Assembly: GCA_001938485.1 (NCBI GenBank)
Contig: MQRK01203673.1
Span: forward strand, 16,107 to 71,481
Reading direction: 5' to 3'
DNA from: Girardia tigrina
Taxonomy: Eukaryota
DNA length: 55,375 nucleotides
Part shown: piece by piece, positions 52,038 to 55,375 of the stretch
Position numbering within the stretch: position 1 is the stretch's first letter
Layout: the number at the start of each line of letters is the position of its first letter
Made by a program: the position numbers and the translations under genes
Notes under the pieces: model-generated
The model's database searches: none
What the model saw: the letters and a program-made list of their open reading frames with translations, nothing else
What the model was told of the DNA's origin: nothing

Positions 52038-52400
52038 TTGAAATTTTCTATGGTTGATAATATTTTAAGTTATAGAGGTAAATCAAAATTTACTCGCAAT
52101 GTGTTTTTGTTTGCGTTTGATAAACCAATTAAGAAAGATACCGATATTACCTTTTGGCGGTACGAAAACAAAAATGTATACAAGGCTCGTATCCACATTA
52201 AAAATGGTGAAGTCTTAAAAGAGATAAATGGTTATTCACATGGATCTTCTGCAGTGGCTGTAGAAGAAGCTGCAATAAAAACAAATGTTAAGATTCTGGC
52301 TGGTCAGAGTCAAGAAAATCTATCGGCAATCATAAATTGATACTTTGAAAACATTTCGCAAGCAGCTCAAAATGCTCTTAAGAGTACTGAATAAACGAGT
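52038..52400 (+). pseudogene. MULE transposase N-terminal FLYWCH-like remnant
   Basis: SYRGKSK...FAFDK....TFWRYENKNVYKARIH.......INGYSHG, with the Cys/His ligands partly degenerate. Confidence 0.65.
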
Positions 52401-52959
52401 CGGATTATAAATAGAAATCTGCGTTAAAAAATATATTCTTTAAATTTGTAAGAGTCATAAGGATAAAATAAGATATTTTAATTTCGAATATTAAATTATC
52501 AATATTTTAATATTTTATCATATATCATTTATTTATAATATATGGTTAAATTAAAAATCACAAAAATTTCCTAAAAATTGTTTGACTATTCAAAAATACT
52601 CAGAAATTTTTATAAAATAATTTTTGGAAATTTTAACGTTTTTTAGACATTATGTTGGATGAAGAAAAAAATATAAACGCCACCAATGGCACTCCTTATA
52701 AAATTCTTTCAAAAAAAATTCCAAAAAATTCTGCTCCAAAAAGACCGATTCCTTACAAATTTAAACAACAAATATTTTTAATATCTTAAAAAATTTTATT
52801 GTCTTTTTATGTTTCATATGTTCTTTCTTGATTTCTTGTAAATTTTGCTTCATTTGATTTTGAAATTTTCATGTAATTCCGTTTAATTGTCAGTGTCCGT
52901 TATCGAGAAAAATTTAGAATAATGTAAGAGTTTAAATAATGTAATTGGTGAATAGTGAT

Positions 52960-53630
52960 TGTTAGGATAATTAAATTAATATCAATACATATTTATATTT
53001 AAATTCATATATCTATTTATAAACATATAAAGGATCCATTATATAATTATATAGACTCCTGAAATTGTTTGAATCAATCAAAGTAATTATAAATTATGCA
53101 TATAATTTAATTTTGATTGAAAATAAACATTTCTTTGAGTTCCGATTTTTAATGGATAATTCTTACATGGCGACCACGCCTAGCATCGTTAATAATTTAG
53201 CACCGAAGATATTCGATGGGAACAGCGATCTAGAAGACTTCATCGGCGATTGTCAACGAATTTTTCGAGGTATGTCAAATCAATGAATCAATCCAAATGC
53301 TTATGGTAAAAGCATTTATCGGAAGAGACCTACTCGCAACATAGAGAATAGACAGAAAGGAACAGACCGTTATGAAGGCCCTTATGAAATAATACGGAAA
53401 CTACATGATCGATCTGTTGAAATGAAAAATAAAACCGGAAGAGTTATAGCTAGAAATATAGAATGACTGAAACCTTTTAAAGAAGGGGGATGTTAGGATA
53501 ATTAAATTAATATCAATACATATTTATATTTTAATTCATATCTCTATTTATAAATATATAAAGGATCCATTATATGATTATATAGACTCCTGAAATTGTT
53601 TGAATCAGTCAACGTAATTATAAATTACGC
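52960..53630 (+). mobile_element. Miniature (TRIM-like, internally deleted) Gypsy element
   Basis: 5' LTR tg...ca 52960-53167; PBS tggcgacc; gag start MATTPS..APKIFDGNSD; integrase tail YEGPYEI...RNIE.LKPF; PPT aaagaaggggga; 3' LTR from 53491, truncated near 53630. Confidence 0.9.
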
Positions 53631-54485
53631 GCATTGTTGGGAGCGTTCATAAAATATAAAATTTTTGAAGCTTTCAAATTATTAAATGTTAAAATAAAAT
53701 TTTCAGAAATTTAATGTAAAAAATTAATTTAAGTAAGAAATAGAATAAATTTTACGGTAGGGTTATTAAAAGATTTATTATAAAGTAAAAAAAGTTAATT
53801 TCAAATTTGATGAAAATATTTATCTGAAATAAAATAAAAAGTAATTTAAGTTTGATATTTTATTTTCGAAATAAGTAAACTAAACCATTTTGGTAACTTT
53901 TAAATCAAAGTAAATTAAAAATGTGGTTATATTTTTTTTGGAAAATGTAATTATAAGTTTTTGGAAATTAAAATTGGAATTAAAAAATAATTATAAAACC
54001 ATTAAATTGACTTAAATAAAAAATGCGATTTTAATTTTTTTTCGGAAAATGTAATTGAGAAATAGGAAAATTTAAATGTACCATAAAATTGATATTTATT
54101 TATATTTAAATGCACTTTATTTAAATGCACTTGGTATTATATTATATTAGATCGTCAGTAGACAATAACTTTGTGACATATTATATTTGACATATTATTT
54201 TTAGATGCGATTTGATTTGATGAGTTTTTATTTATAATTGAGAGGTTTGAATAATTTTATTTTGATAATGTTTCTATTCGTTCTACCTCAATTCTCGCTT
54301 GCTGACAAGATTTGATTTTAATTTTCCATTTTACCATACGGCCTAACATTCGACTAATAACTAACACTCAAGTATGACTGACACACGATATGCTTTAAAA
54401 TTATCTTCATTACCAACTAGCTCCAAACTACTCGAAGTCTTTTATCGAGAATGTCCCCCTCTGTAACATCACTCTATTATATTGC

Positions 54486-55093
54486 TCATGGTAGATTCCT
54501 TTGTATCGATTCTACGAACTCTTTGACTGGTGTTATTTCTGATAACAGTCTTTTTATTTTGAACTTCAACCTCAATACGACTGGTGTTAAAAACAGCTTG
54601 CAGCTCGCTCTTGGCCTGTCAAACATTTGAGCTTTTCGCTTCCTCTGCTCACGTCGCTTTTGGGATCTGCTGAGCACCCAGAGGAAGATGATGCCATATC
54701 CTTTTTCAGAATTGACCCATAAATACTTGGGTTCGTCACCAGAGGTTTCTTTTCCGTATTTGACCCAATCTTGCTTGCTGTGTCTAGAATTAACTCCGGT
54801 TGCTTTTCTGAGACTTTTTCGATCACCTTCTTGTAGTAGCTGGACATATTTGACCGAATTCTCATCTCGGTGGGCTCGTTTTGTAAAGACTTTATTTTTT
54901 GTTTTCCTAGCAAATATTTATCCACAACCAGTTTATGAATTGATAGAGGGACTGAATGCTTTCTGTAGTCCTCAAATTCAGTTATCCTCCTTGTAAATTT
55001 GTCATTCAGCTTGACAGATTCTCCTTTCCATTTCTGCAACTCCAGCAGCAGTTCTCTTTGTTGATCTTCACTTTCATTAATTTTTCTATTCAT
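54486..55093 (-). other. Frameshifted coiled-coil/basic ORF, probably a retroelement ORF1 remnant
   Basis: Overlapping ORFs 54587-55093 and 54486-54677 (SRSQKRREQRKRK). No diagnostic motif recognised. Confidence 0.3.
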
Positions 55094-55375
55094 GCTGAAT
55101 AATGACGATGAGTGGATTACGATTGAAAGAAAAAAAATTTAAAAAACAACAACACAAGAAAATAATTGATGGAGGCTGAGAGAAACGAATTCTCTTCTAG
55201 AAATGAAACTTGACAAGGACTTCCTCAAACTTCCAGATCGTCAGTAGTCTCGGCAAGCACTATTAGGTGTACAAGTATGAAATGCGGATTTCAGAAAACG
55301 GATTGTGCACAATGCAAAAAGTAGGTCAATGGTTAGGCAATGATGTCATAATATTGAGTAATTATGTAGTGTCTC

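Noticed and set aside
1-55375. CRISPR arrays, tRNA/rRNA genes, prokaryotic operons
   Set aside because: No regularly spaced repeat-spacer array or structural RNA signature seen; spliceosomal intron and TE content indicate a eukaryote.

Overview
Very AT-rich eukaryotic genomic DNA with two small assembly gaps. The composition and transposon content resemble a planarian-type flatworm; this is inference, not established. The only clear host gene is a + strand USP7/HAUSP orthologue. It has two large coding exons (19739-21453 and 26700-28212) joined in frame across a 5,246-bp GT-AG intron; its 5' exon(s) could not be identified. Nearly everything else is decayed or non-autonomous mobile DNA: pogo/Tigger, hAT, mariner/Tc1, Zator-like, MULE and Penelope remnants, several MITEs with demonstrable TIRs and TSDs, and a nested Gypsy LTR cluster at about 31.7-42.6 kb. 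I found no prokaryote-type system (no CRISPR, rRNA or tRNA) and nothing I can claim as a new biological system. The best leads are a near-identical LTR-plus-flank duplication ending exactly at an LTR terminus, a ~2.36-kb solo LTR, a mini LTR element whose gag ATG is built from the LTR/PBS junction, and a group of asymmetric-ended MITEs, one carrying TTAGGG repeats.
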